The notes under the pieces are model-generated. The model ran no database searches and was not told the DNA's origin. It was given only the letters and a program-made list of their open reading frames with translations. Shown here one piece after another: positions 33,527-43,881 of a stretch of DNA of 64,000 nucleotides. Position numbers and translations under genes: made by a program. Every line of letters starts with the position of its first letter. Positions within the stretch are counted from its first letter, which is position 1. Location: NCBI GenBank assembly GCA_965226795.1, contig CBDDDZ010000003.1, forward strand, positions 352,001 through 416,000. The letters are read 5' to 3'. The stretch is from Candidatus Latescibacterota bacterium (GTDB lineage: Bacteria; Latescibacterota; UBA2968; GCA-2709665).

Positions 33527-33790
33527 ATGGTACGTATTCCAACCGATCGTGTCCCCACTCATCCGGGCGTGATGTTGCTTGAGGAGTTTCTGAATTCGTT
33601 GAATTTAACACAACGGGAATTGGCTACCGCCATTCATGTGCCCTGTCAATGGGTCAACGAACTGGTGAACGGTCGACGGGGTATCACTCCGAGCACCGCA
33701 TTGCGCCTGGGGAGACATTTCAATGTGTCGGCCGCGTTTTGGCTGAATCTCCAGCTTCGCTGGGATCTGTATCACGGCAATCTGTCCTAG
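33527..33790 (+). CDS. higA: HigA family antitoxin (HTH), possibly shortened by a TAG
   Basis: PTHPGVMLLEEFL, NGRRGITPSTALRL, FWLNLQ..WDL; frame continues TEKLEAIAP after the TAG. Confidence 0.85.
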   Translation: MVRIPTDRVPTHPGVMLLEEFLNSLNLTQRELATAIHVPCQWVNELVNGRRGITPSTALRLGRHFNVSAAFWLNLQLRWDLYHGNLS

Positions 33791-33873
33791 ACTGAGAAAC
33801 TGGAAGCGATTGCGCCACGCGGTCAGGACCTCGAGTATAACGAGATTACATGAAGCATTAGACGGATTTTCCG

Positions 33874-33930
33874 TTGACAATTAAGCAAGAATACAATATA
33901 ATGTCGGCAATCCTTAATAAGATGCCGACA
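33874..33930 (+). promoter_or_regulatory. Consensus sigma-70 promoter and AbiEi-type operator
   Basis: TTGACA(33874)-17-TATAAT(33897); inverted repeat TGTCGGCA-N13-TGCCGACA. Confidence 0.8.
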
Positions 33931-33935
33931 ATTTT

Positions 33936-34547
33936 ATGAGCACGCCTACAATTCAACTCGACAGAGATCGCCTTCACAGCGCCGGCCTCGGTGTCTTCTT
34001 TCGTCCGAGCCAGATCGATGAGTTGGGGATCACGTACGACCAACTCCGCCGTTTGGTCTCAACCGGGGCCGTTGAGCGGGTCAACCGGGGCCTTTATAGG
34101 CTCGCCAGTGCGGAGCCGACTGAACACGACACACTCGCTGCTGTATGCGCGCGTGTACCCAATGCCGTCATATGCCTGCTTTCGGCGCTCAGCTTTCACG
34201 AAATCGGTACCCGGCTGCCACACGAGGTCTGGATTGCGATTCCCCATAAGGCGAGACCCCCTCGCCTTCCGCAATTCCGAACCCGACTCATCAGGTTCAG
34301 CGGCGCCGCCTGGACCTATGGTGTGTCAGACACCGCATTCGAAGGCGTTCCGGCGCGAATAACCTCGCCCGCTCGCACGATCGTCGATTGTTTCCGATTC
34401 GAACACTTAATCGGACGCGAAACTGCTATTGAGGCATTGCAAGACGGTTTCCGGGAAAAAAAGGTGACTACCGGCGCCCTGCTGCGAACACTTGAGGAGC
34501 TACCTTCGCGCCGGCTGAGCGCGGCCCTGGAAATAGGAATTATATGA
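33936..34547 (+). CDS. Type IV TA antitoxin, AbiEi family
   Basis: wHTH ERVNRGLYRL, SALSFHE, TSPARTIVDCFR. Confidence 0.88.
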   Translation: MSTPTIQLDRDRLHSAGLGVFFRPSQIDELGITYDQLRRLVSTGAVERVNRGLYRLASAEPTEHDTLAAVCARVPNAVICLLSALSFHEIGTRLPHEVWIAIPHKARPPRLPQFRTRLIRFSGAAWTYGVSDTAFEGVPARITSPARTIVDCFRFEHLIGRETAIEALQDGFREKKVTTGALLRTLEELPSRRLSAALEIGII

Positions 34548-35497
34548 TCACCGACGTCGCGGCGTCCATCAGATCTCGCCTGTACAATAAGGCAAAAAAA
34601 GTCGTATCGAGTTCCAGTTTTTCCTCGTGCGCTACGCCTGCGAAAGATTCCTATATCGCCTCGGCGCGTGCCCAGTACGTGATCGGTTTATACTCAAAGG
34701 CGCAACTCTGCTTGCCGTTTGGATGGATGAACCCTACCGCGCTACTCGCGATATCGATTTATTGGCGTCCTCCGGTGTCCCTGACGAAATGTACGTGCGA
34801 GAAACTATGAAAACCATCTGCAATGTCCCCTGCCCGGAGGATGGCCTGGTTTTCGATCTCGATAGCTTGCGGATTTCTATGATTCGTTCGGAGCAAGCGT
34901 TCCCGAGCCAACGCGCCAAGCTCAACTGTTATCTTGGAAGCGCGAGAATTCTCACCCAGGTAGACTTTGGTTTCGGCGACGTCGTCACGGCCGGTGCCGA
35001 GCAAGCGAAATTAAAGACCCTCATTGGCGGTGTCCCCGAACCCTCGTTGCTAGTTTATCCGCTGTCGACAAGCGTTGCCGAGAAGTTTGAAGCCATGGTG
35101 CGATTTGGGCAGCGCAATAGCCGTATGAAGGACTTCCATGACATTTGGGCCCTGTCGGATCGGTTTTTCTTTGATGGCGAGAAACTCCGCCGGGCCATCC
35201 GGGACTGTTTCAGCCGGCGTGGCACGGATCTGAACTCCGAGACTCCGGTTGCTCTCACTTCGTCGTTCTACTCGGACAATGACCGGAATAGGCTGTGGCG
35301 CAACTATCGGGTTGAGAACGGGCTCATGACACCGCCACCCGAATCTTTCGGAAATCGTTGGTGAGCGGTTGCAGAGATTTCTTGAGCCTATCCGTGAAAG
35401 CGTCCTGGCCGACACTTCGTTCGACCTTTGTTGGCCCGCTGGTGGACCGTGGCAACCCGTTTCGGACAAAGACAGCGAGAACGGAGACCGAGCTTGA
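34544..35497 (+). pseudogene. AbiEii nucleotidyltransferase toxin with two frameshifts
   Basis: VAASIRSRL start; shift at the A-run near 34600; FILKGA, RATRDID, NSRMKDFHD; second shift near 35350 restores ...WPAGGPW..., stop at 35497. Confidence 0.85.
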
Positions 35498-35822
35498 GGT
35501 CATCAGGTACAGCGGTTGAGATGGCGTGCCCAAAACGAAAACGAAAACGCCTGTGTGTTGCTGCGGTTGAAGACCCTTCCGGACCTTGTAGACTTCGGCA
35601 CCGAGCGGCTTACATATGATTGAGTGGCATCGTGACGTCTCTGCCGGAAATCGGATTGCCCACGTCGCTAACAAACTTGAAATGCTGAAGGGTTTGCGCG
35701 AAGAATCGCCTGAGTGACATCAAATGTCGGCAGTTACGATATAGTGCCGACATTTAACGTCTTTCCAGGCTCTCGACCAGACGAACTACAGCAAGAATAG
35801 AATATCTTCAAGGGCGATTTAC

Positions 35823-35942
35823 ATGTCCGAACTTGGTGCAACACAGATTCCCAAGCCTAGCGACGAGCAAGCCTTTGAGCGGTGCAATGTTACGCTTTAT
35901 CAGAGGAGGATAGACGCTTGGAAGGCGACGTCAGGAGATTGA
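35823..35942 (+). pseudogene. Truncated N-terminus of a restriction-endonuclease-like protein
   Basis: MSELGATQIPKPSDEQAFERC resembles the IPxPxxxxxFExLC start of Mrr-like REase domains; breaks off at the next gene's RBS. Confidence 0.45.
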
Positions 35943-37243
35943 TCGACGATCCCCGGTTCCGGGCATACCATCGGGAGCTCCTGAAACCAAGGGAGTTCAA
36001 CACGTTCGACGTTCTCCAGTACGCGGACTACGAAATCCGCCACAGCAACGTGTTGGCGTGGCTGCTCCAGCCCGGCGACACCCACGGTATCGGCGCACGG
36101 TTCCTGAAATGGTTTGTGGACCAGATCGATAAACGGCTCCCGGTGGCGAATGCGGACCGCCTTCCCGCAATCGGCTTTGAGGTGTCGAATGTCGCTGTCT
36201 GGAGAGAACGGGACCACGTCGACATCACGGTCTTGTTCAAGGAAGAGCGGTGTTTGATCGCCATCGAGAATAAGGTGGGACCGGCGTCTACCGACCACGT
36301 TCAGCAAGCCTTGGGCTACGAACGGGAGCTGCGCGAAAAGCACAAGGACCACACGGTGAGAAGCGTCCTGTTGACCACCTCGCCCAACGGAAGCGTGGAC
36401 TTCCCGGGCATTGTCCACGTTGGTTGGGAGTCGGTCCACGAAGTCATCGGCAGATTCTATGCGGAAGGCAGGTTCCAGTCCTGTGGCGTACGGACCTTCG
36501 TACTACAGTACCTTGAACTGGTCGAAAGGTGGTTTGGTTCCGCAGGAGTCGAGGGCTTCAAGAAGCTTCTTGACGACTATCACTCCATCCTGCAGAAGAT
36601 GCGGCAGGTCCTGGACAAGGACGGCGATGACGGTGTCCGTGGGATGGCGCCGGAGGATCGGACGGCGTACCGCGACGCGCTTGTCACGCTGGTGAAGGCA
36701 TCGAGACAGGATCCCTTGGATCTGCGAACGGCGGTGGCAAATTGCCTCAAGCGGCAAGGCTGTAAACTCCAATACGCAATGAATCCCCCGAAGGGGATTT
36801 ATTGGTTGAATTGGCGCAATACCGACCTGGCCGGTTTCGCGCGGAGACTGGGCTGCGGAGACTTCGCCCTCTCGTGGGGGATGACGTTCACCCATCACGA
36901 AGTCCGGGCGGGTTTCTATCTCTATCAAAAGAAGCCAGAGGAGCAGGCCTCGCTGGACCGGCTCAAGCATTTCCTGAAAGCCACGCCGATCAACAGACAT
37001 ATGCCGGACGAATACGTCATGCGGGACAACGGCTTCGGCTGGTATCAGGTCTACGACCTGGAGGTCCTTTCCAGGGATGAGCTTGCCGGCATGTCGGGAC
37101 ACGAGGTCAAGGAGGAAGTGATCCGGAGACTGGAGAACTTCATGGGTCCGGACGACTCGGAGTACAGACGCATCGACGACTACTTCCAATGCCTCGCCTT
37201 CACACCCGACGATTCGGCATCCGCGCGGGAGGATTCGCCATAG
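35918..37243 (+). CDS. PD-(D/E)XK nuclease family protein (PDDEXK_4-like)
   Basis: EIRHSNVLAWLL.P...HG.G..FL, VDI...IAIENKV; GAGGAGG RBS before TTG 35918. Confidence 0.82.
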   Translation: MEGDVRRLIDDPRFRAYHRELLKPREFNTFDVLQYADYEIRHSNVLAWLLQPGDTHGIGARFLKWFVDQIDKRLPVANADRLPAIGFEVSNVAVWRERDHVDITVLFKEERCLIAIENKVGPASTDHVQQALGYERELREKHKDHTVRSVLLTTSPNGSVDFPGIVHVGWESVHEVIGRFYAEGRFQSCGVRTFVLQYLELVERWFGSAGVEGFKKLLDDYHSILQKMRQVLDKDGDDGVRGMAPEDRTAYRDALVTLVKASRQDPLDLRTAVANCLKRQGCKLQYAMNPPKGIYWLNWRNTDLAGFARRLGCGDFALSWGMTFTHHEVRAGFYLYQKKPEEQASLDRLKHFLKATPINRHMPDEYVMRDNGFGWYQVYDLEVLSRDELAGMSGHEVKEEVIRRLENFMGPDDSEYRRIDDYFQCLAFTPDDSASAREDSP

Positions 37244-37339
37244 CGGTTTGAAACTGCCGCTCCATTGAAGCGCCGAATCGGTGCTATATTGCTTTTGCGG
37301 TCTTGCGGGACAACTCGAAATCCAACGCTGGAGGGATCA

Positions 37340-37828
37340 ATGATATCCGGATCCGCCGGTTCCCTGGTTTCCGCCGAGTGGGGCGCGGCCTCGGTCGCGC
37401 TACTGCTCGGCCTGCTCGCCGCGACCGGCTGCCGTGAATCGACGCTCGATCCGGGTGTCCCCGATAGCAACGTGGTAGTCGCCGACGACCGCGACCGGGG
37501 AGACGACCCCTGCGTCGTGAACTCGGCCGCCATCGGCGGACACCGGTTGACCATCGAAGTCTCGTACGCCGGCGGCTGCCGGAGGCACGACTTCACGCTG
37601 GTAATCTCGAAATCGTTCAGAGAGTCGGATCCAGTGCAGCTTCCGGCCGTGCTCGCCCATAATGCGAACGGCGATCGCTGCGAGGCATGGCTGACCGAGT
37701 CCCACGTCTTCGACCTCGCCTTGGTCAGGACGCGCTATCAGTAGTTATACGGACCCGGTCCGGGCAAGGTCGTCCTTCGAATCGAGGGCGTGTCCGGTGA
37801 CAACTTCTTGTACGAATTCGACGGATAG
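37340..37828 (+). pseudogene. Putative lipoprotein with internal TAG at 37742
   Basis: Lipobox-like LAATG-C; YAGGC..HDF motif; frame continues LYGPGPGKVVLRIEG... to TAG 37828. Confidence 0.6.
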
Positions 37829-38363
37829 CGCCGGGCGGGTCGCCCAACTCGAAACCGGCAACTCCTGCTTTCTTCGATTGAACGCGACGAGAGTCCTGAC
37901 CTCTCTAATTTACAGGCGCTATGCAATTATATCGGTCATACGGGTGCGGATCTTCAGTCACATACCGCCCTCGGCGCCGGATTCATTAATGCCCTATGGG
38001 CGAGCGCCCGACCTATTGTCCTGTCTGACGTTCCCGTTGATTCAAAGACTCTTAAAGCCACAGACCAGGTGTCACGTGCGCTGATCGGCGAAAATAAAAA
38101 CGAAGAATGGTCAAGATGGGCGGCTAAGCTCTTCCTTGGGTTGGCGAAGCTCCAGCACTTTATCTTCTCCGCTGGTGCGAGGGGAAATTTTTGCCTGTCG
38201 ATCAAATTCGAAAGATTCTGCGAGAAGAGATGGATTGACGGGAGTGGCTATTCGGGGTTCGTTTAGAACGGGGGCAAACGGACAATAGATAGTAAATGAT
38301 CTGAGACGAAGAATTCGAATACCAAGGGAATTTGCGTGATAATAGACACGGCACGGAGGTAGT

Positions 38364-39761
38364 GTGAATTACCGGAAGGCGAACACCAACCATCCATTGA
38401 AGAATAGGCTAAATCCCTACCCGGCCTACAAGGACTCCGGCATCGAATGGCTGGGTGGGATACCAGCGCATTGGGAGGTGAAACGGCTGAAGTATGCTGT
38501 AAATTTGAACCCAGCGTCAACCGAGGCAAGAACCCACGACGATTCGCTTGAGGTCTCGTTTGTACCGATGGAGGCTGTTGGAGAATACGGCGGCCTTGAA
38601 TTGGTGACAACTAAGCCAATACGCGATGTATACGATGGTTACACGTACTTTCGTGAAGGGGATGTTTTGGTCGCGAAAATTACCCCGTGTTTCGAAAATG
38701 GCAAGGGCGCGATCGCTACTGGGCTCGTTAATAAAATTGCATTCGGGACCACGGAGCTGCACATCCTACGGACCAAAAGGACGACAAACCGGCAATTCCT
38801 GTTCTACTTGTCTATGGGAGATGCGTTCAGAAAACTTGGCCAAGCCGAAATGTATGGTGCGGGCGGCCAGAAACGCGTGCCCGAATCATTCATTGCCGAC
38901 TTATTGCACCCGCTCCCACCTCTCCCCGAACAGCGGGCCATCGCCGCTTTCCTTGATCGCGAGACGGCCAGGATCGACACCCTCGTCGAGAAGAAGGAAC
39001 GGCTAATCGAGTTGCTACAGGAAAAGCGCTCCGCGCTCATCAGCCACGCCGTAACGCGGGGTCTCGACCCCGACGTACCCACGAAGGACTCGGGAATCCA
39101 GTGGCTGGGAGAAATTCCGGTGCATTGGGAAGTAAGGAAGATCAAATCTCTGTTGGTTTGCCGAAAAGGTGCAATCAAGACTGGTCCATTCGGCAGCCAA
39201 TTGCACAGTTTCGAAATGACGCATAGCGACATAAAGGTGTTCAATCAGCGGACAGTGATTGATCGCGATATTTGGACCGGTGTGAACTACATTTCGATGG
39301 CTAAATTTAACGAACTACAAGCCTTCGAAGCGTTTCCAGGTGACTTGCTAATTACTACACGGGGCACGATCGGACGATGTCTGATTATTCCATTCGAAGC
39401 TCCTCGAGGTATTCTCCATCCCTGTCTAATGAGGATTCAAATAGACTCAAAGCATGCGTACGATCACTATATCGAGTTGGTCATAGAGAAAAGCGGATTG
39501 ACTTTGGCACAACTTCAATTGATGAGTCATGCTACGACAATTGACGTGATTTATTCGGATTCATTAAAAGAGACTCTACTATCAATTCCACCACTCCCCG
39601 AACAACGCGTTATCGCCGCCTTTCTTGACCGCGAGACGGCAAAGATTGACGCCCTCGCCACAAAGGTCCGAGAAGCCATCGACCGCCTGAAGGAACTCCG
39701 CTCGGCTCTCATTTCCGCGGCGGTGACGGGCAAGATCGATGTGCACGAAAACGTGCCATGA
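38364..39761 (+). CDS. hsdS: Type I R-M specificity subunit
   Basis: Two KDSGI.WLG.IP.HWEV and two PPLPEQR.IAAFLDRETA.ID repeats; AAVTGKIDV end. Confidence 0.95.
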   Translation: MNYRKANTNHPLKNRLNPYPAYKDSGIEWLGGIPAHWEVKRLKYAVNLNPASTEARTHDDSLEVSFVPMEAVGEYGGLELVTTKPIRDVYDGYTYFREGDVLVAKITPCFENGKGAIATGLVNKIAFGTTELHILRTKRTTNRQFLFYLSMGDAFRKLGQAEMYGAGGQKRVPESFIADLLHPLPPLPEQRAIAAFLDRETARIDTLVEKKERLIELLQEKRSALISHAVTRGLDPDVPTKDSGIQWLGEIPVHWEVRKIKSLLVCRKGAIKTGPFGSQLHSFEMTHSDIKVFNQRTVIDRDIWTGVNYISMAKFNELQAFEAFPGDLLITTRGTIGRCLIIPFEAPRGILHPCLMRIQIDSKHAYDHYIELVIEKSGLTLAQLQLMSHATTIDVIYSDSLKETLLSIPPLPEQRVIAAFLDRETAKIDALATKVREAIDRLKELRSALISAAVTGKIDVHENVP

Positions 39762-39910
39762 ATTATCCAGGCGACTGGTCCATTATGGACCATACGTGGA
39801 GACATGGAGCGAAATCCAAAAAGACCGCGGAATACGGCGAATCCCTTGAAACCTGTTCTTGAGTAACTTAGATTTACTGGCTTGATCCCGTCTTTGCGAT
39901 GGGTTTAAAT

Positions 39911-40761
39911 TCACTGTTTTGTCGTCAAATTCCATCCACCTCCGTCTTTGAGAATTAGCTTCATATTCCCGTCCTGATCCGTTCGGTATACCTTGTTTCC
40001 CTTGTTGGAACCGCCAGAATATTTCTCGTATAGTTCGATGGCCTTAGAGTTGGGGTGGCCGTGTGGGTTATCACCAACGGACACAATTGTCATCGCTGGA
40101 TCCATCGCTTCTTAACGTGATCAACGTAGTAGTGTTTTTCATCTTGGGGGTCATCGAAAAACGTGCTTGATCCATGATGGCCTGCTAAAAGTATGTCGCA
40201 CAAGAGTTCACTATTGTTGTAGTCTTCTTTAACTGCATATCTCCATGTCTCAGCATCGCTATCGCCCGTAAGCATTACGCTTCCTTCTCGCGAGACGTCG
40301 TTTGCACTACGTTGCTCAACCTTAAGTACTATGCCTTGCGCGTTGGCGTTTTTGGGTAGTCGTTCGTCTCGCGCACTCAGAAAGCGAAATCGTGTGCGAC
40401 CAAATCCCTGGCGCTTCAACTTCTCTTTGAGAACCGCGCCGACGGTTCTCCTTAGCTGCATGTATTGACGATATTCCGGGGCGTCAATCGAGGTTCCTGG
40501 ATGCCCGCTATCCCAGATCTTCTTAATGGGAAAGTATTCGTTTAACTTGGTTATACCGCGAATATGGTCGGCGTCTCGGTGAGTGCATACAAACGCGGCT
40601 AATATAGACTGCCAACCGATCTGTCTAGCGACGTACTGTAATACTCTATCTTCGTTCTCGTCGGTGATGTTGCAATCAACGACAAAATTGTCTCCATTTG
40701 CCGCTTCAATTAGCGACATGTTGCCCTGTCCAACGTCTATGAAATGTACAATCGTACTCAT
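39911..40761 (-). pseudogene. ComEC/Rec2-like MBL-fold hydrolase, frameshifted near 40107
   Basis: HFIDVGQG, THRDADH, LTGD, GHHGS; continues in the 39911-40105 frame with SVG.NPHGHP and YRTDQDG. Confidence 0.85.
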
Positions 40762-40850
40762 TGTTGGATACTCCACTTCAAGAACTCGAATCTAAAATGC
40801 GTCAGTGTAGATTGCTATTGCATGGAGATCACTTGCTACGAAACTTCCAT

Positions 40851-41603
40851 TTAGTTTTGGCAACTATCAGTGAGATCGTCCCTGTTAAGGCCTACAACCG
40901 CCGCGAAAAAACTTTCTGCGTAACGATCGGCCTTTTGGCGAGTATACTTCGGTAGGATGTATCCTAAGATTACAGTTCCCACCGCGATGAGTGTAGAAAT
41001 GAATGCCAAGAGTGAAGAACCGTTCTGACAGAGATATGTTACCCAGCATCCGACGAGGCTGGCCATAGCGAATGTAATCCACACGCATCTGAGCCCCGTC
41101 AAATTTCGCGCAAACCCGTAGTCGCTGTTGTGTAGACGTACCCGCTCCCCGATAGGTGATTTCCACAACCGACTGCGAAGCTCACTGAGAGCATCGTTAA
41201 TCACGGCCTCAATCTCGTGTTCATTGCCAGTCTCGACGGCTTGAGCGATGTCAAGGCCAACCAAGTCCTTTATGACCTGATACCAACGCTTTTTTTGTTG
41301 ATCGGAAGTTGAATTATCGTCTGGATGGAGCCATCGGTTCGTCGGAGCGTCGTGGGGCCAGGCAGGCCACATTTTTGACTGCAATCGATTGCCAAATGCC
41401 GAAGCAAGATGAGACGCGAATACAGCTAGAAGGGTACTGAACACAACGTAGGACACAAGAAGCTTCACAATTCCGAGAATCGGGATACCGAATGCAACTG
41501 CGACGGTCCACAACGGTAGAACAGAAAGTGCGGCAGGGATAAAACGGGCTTTTCGTTCGTATTGGTCACTCAGGTTTAGGTAGTTGAGCCATCCCTTATT
41601 CAT
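40851..41603 (-). CDS. Four-TM membrane protein, candidate defence effector
   Basis: Two N-terminal and two C-terminal hydrophobic helices; ARFIPA and N.DYGFARNL.G motifs; start overlaps the upstream stop. Confidence 0.75.
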   Translation of the reverse strand: MNKGWLNYLNLSDQYERKARFIPAALSVLPLWTVAVAFGIPILGIVKLLVSYVVFSTLLAVFASHLASAFGNRLQSKMWPAWPHDAPTNRWLHPDDNSTSDQQKKRWYQVIKDLVGLDIAQAVETGNEHEIEAVINDALSELRSRLWKSPIGERVRLHNSDYGFARNLTGLRCVWITFAMASLVGCWVTYLCQNGSSLLAFISTLIAVGTVILGYILPKYTRQKADRYAESFFAAVVGLNRDDLTDSCQN

Positions 41604-43881
41604 TCGCTATCGCCTCACGTTGGAAGGTGCTTTTCTCCGTTTTGCCAATGTAAAATCCAATATCTCGCCCTTCCCCCACTATTGTCATCGTTGCTGGGTA
41701 GCCGTCGGCTTGCATCAGTTCCTCAAGCCATGCAAGAACCTTCAGATCGTCCTTGCTTGGCTTCGTGCCTGCACCGCTCGGATGTGAATGCCATTCGCCC
41801 ACATACTCAATCATGCCGTGGACTACTTTGGTACGTTGTGCGACTTTCTCCGAAAGCCCCTCACATCCCCGGATGTATAGAGTAGGCCATTCTTCGCTAT
41901 CAGGTGGCGAAGGCAACGCATCGACGACATAGACGATACGTCTCTCCATATCGAAGGAACCCAGTAGAACGCCACCAGTTTCGTTTGGAAGTTTGGATTG
42001 ACGCACACGCGAGAGGGTCTCTATTACGACGTTGTCAGTGACAACTGTCCAATCGTTGGTAATTTTACGCACAACGGGGGCGGGGGATACTTTGACACGA
42101 TTTACGACACCGTCCTCGTTTGAACGCCAGATCGTAATTTGTGCGTCAGCACACCGTACGGCATCGCATACTGCTCTCCCGCCATTGCTCGCGTGAAGAC
42201 CTACCATGTATTGGGGGAGTATGCTTGTGATATCCCGACAGGATTGGGCATAGCGATACCTCCCGGGTGGCTTGTCAAGATGTCCTGACAAGCATCGGTT
42301 GTTTAGAACGGCTCTATAGTACTGCATTTCGAGGGCATCGACGGTAATGTTTCGTTGCTTATCTTCCGCGAGCAGAACGAGGTCTTTCCCGGACGGCGAC
42401 AGGAATAGCGAGATCCTCCGCGCTGTGCTATTGCAATCCTGCGCAATCATCCGTGCAACGCCAACCGATGCCGACATGTCTAGGATCAGGTCGGCCTTAG
42501 CCAGCGCATTGGATAGTTCTTGAGTTCGTCCACCAGGGGATAGCACATTTACTGGAAATGAGCTAAACAGGTCGGAACCGAAAATTATAGTATTCGCTAA
42601 GTGTGCAACGGCATCTGCCTTGTTCCAACCCACAAAACTACCGTCGAGGGCATGCCGGGCTAAATTGTGTGGCAATAGTATGTCGTGATCGATCAGTGTC
42701 CAAGTACCAAACCCTGTTCTCGCAATATTGATTGCAACTTGGGAACCAAGCGCACCCATACCGATCGCAACAACCCTCATATCGACCAATTCATCCTCGC
42801 CATTGAGCTTGGCTGCCATTGAGCGATCGAGGTGATGAACCAGATTCAGCACTGCTATGTCTACATCGTCGCCCGTTTTCGATGTGTCGGGCGGCAATAA
42901 ATAGCCAACCTCTTCTCCCAGTAAATCCCAAAGGCCGATCTTGGCGCCCAGTTGGCGAATTTGCAAGCCCTCAGCACTCTTGTCTTCTGCACTATCCAAA
43001 AGCAAAAACGCCCAACTATCAACTGCCTCGCTCTCTTCTTTTTCATGCCGCATTTTTGGAAACAAAATAACGACGAGAAGATTGGCGTCGAGAACAGATC
43101 TGTCCGTCTGATGCCAGGTCTGGAGACGTTTTCGTAATTCAGAAATAAGGTCGACCTTGGCAACCGCCGTCATGGCAGCAAGGTCAGCAAGTGTCGACGG
43201 AATTTGATGAATGACCCCATGCGTCTGAGGTTCGCAACGATGTACACTTGCAAGTAGCGGCGGCGGTCCTTCATGCGGTTCGCCTGTTAGTGCGATCAGA
43301 AAAAGGCCTTTACTATTATTGTCCGATGTCACCGAAACTACGACTAGCGGGGTTGGTAGGCGCTTCTCCAATTGTTTGGTAGAAGGAAGGACGATGTGCC
43401 CGTGGAAATCCATAAGAAGGGGTTCAAGAGGTTGGTCGTCCTGGTGGAGTTTTCCTTGACTGTTTAAGGATAGCCACCGACGGATGTCGTGGACGAACCT
43501 AGGGGAAGTCCAGCATCGCTTGATTTCCTCGTAAGGTTCTTCGTACACACACATATTTCGAGGATACTCTTGCCGGTGCAGATTGAGGTGCGGCACTCGC
43601 GGGAAATTAACACGTAGGGCATGGACAACAGGTACGTTGTCGTCCTCTTTAGTAAACGACGCGGATATGCGCTCTGTTGCCTTGATCGGGTAACGCTGCA
43701 CCTGTGCGATTTCAACGTCGACCTCAAACACCACAATTTCAATTTTATCCCGCTTACGACATTCGACGAACCGGGCAAAGTCAATGCGCTCAGCCGATAG
43801 ACTGAGCGCGAGATCCTTGGCCTTTGAAATCTCAAGGTCGTTTGGCCGGACGACGTCCCCCGAGACATCAAAATAGCTCAT
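41596..43881 (-). CDS. E2 - ThiF/E1 - JAB fusion (Cap2-Cap3-like)
   Basis: E2 FPRVPHLN...MCVYE; E1 GMGALGS and LIDHDILLPHNLARH; JAB ETGG, EWHSHP, PSKDD. Confidence 0.92.
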   Translation of the reverse strand: MSYFDVSGDVVRPNDLEISKAKDLALSLSAERIDFARFVECRKRDKIEIVVFEVDVEIAQVQRYPIKATERISASFTKEDDNVPVVHALRVNFPRVPHLNLHRQEYPRNMCVYEEPYEEIKRCWTSPRFVHDIRRWLSLNSQGKLHQDDQPLEPLLMDFHGHIVLPSTKQLEKRLPTPLVVVSVTSDNNSKGLFLIALTGEPHEGPPPLLASVHRCEPQTHGVIHQIPSTLADLAAMTAVAKVDLISELRKRLQTWHQTDRSVLDANLLVVILFPKMRHEKEESEAVDSWAFLLLDSAEDKSAEGLQIRQLGAKIGLWDLLGEEVGYLLPPDTSKTGDDVDIAVLNLVHHLDRSMAAKLNGEDELVDMRVVAIGMGALGSQVAINIARTGFGTWTLIDHDILLPHNLARHALDGSFVGWNKADAVAHLANTIIFGSDLFSSFPVNVLSPGGRTQELSNALAKADLILDMSASVGVARMIAQDCNSTARRISLFLSPSGKDLVLLAEDKQRNITVDALEMQYYRAVLNNRCLSGHLDKPPGRYRYAQSCRDITSILPQYMVGLHASNGGRAVCDAVRCADAQITIWRSNEDGVVNRVKVSPAPVVRKITNDWTVVTDNVVIETLSRVRQSKLPNETGGVLLGSFDMERRIVYVVDALPSPPDSEEWPTLYIRGCEGLSEKVAQRTKVVHGMIEYVGEWHSHPSGAGTKPSKDDLKVLAWLEELMQADGYPATMTIVGEGRDIGFYIGKTEKSTFQREAIANE

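Noticed and set aside
35500..35717. Protein-like fragments after abiEii
   Set aside because: Broken frames and no recognisable family
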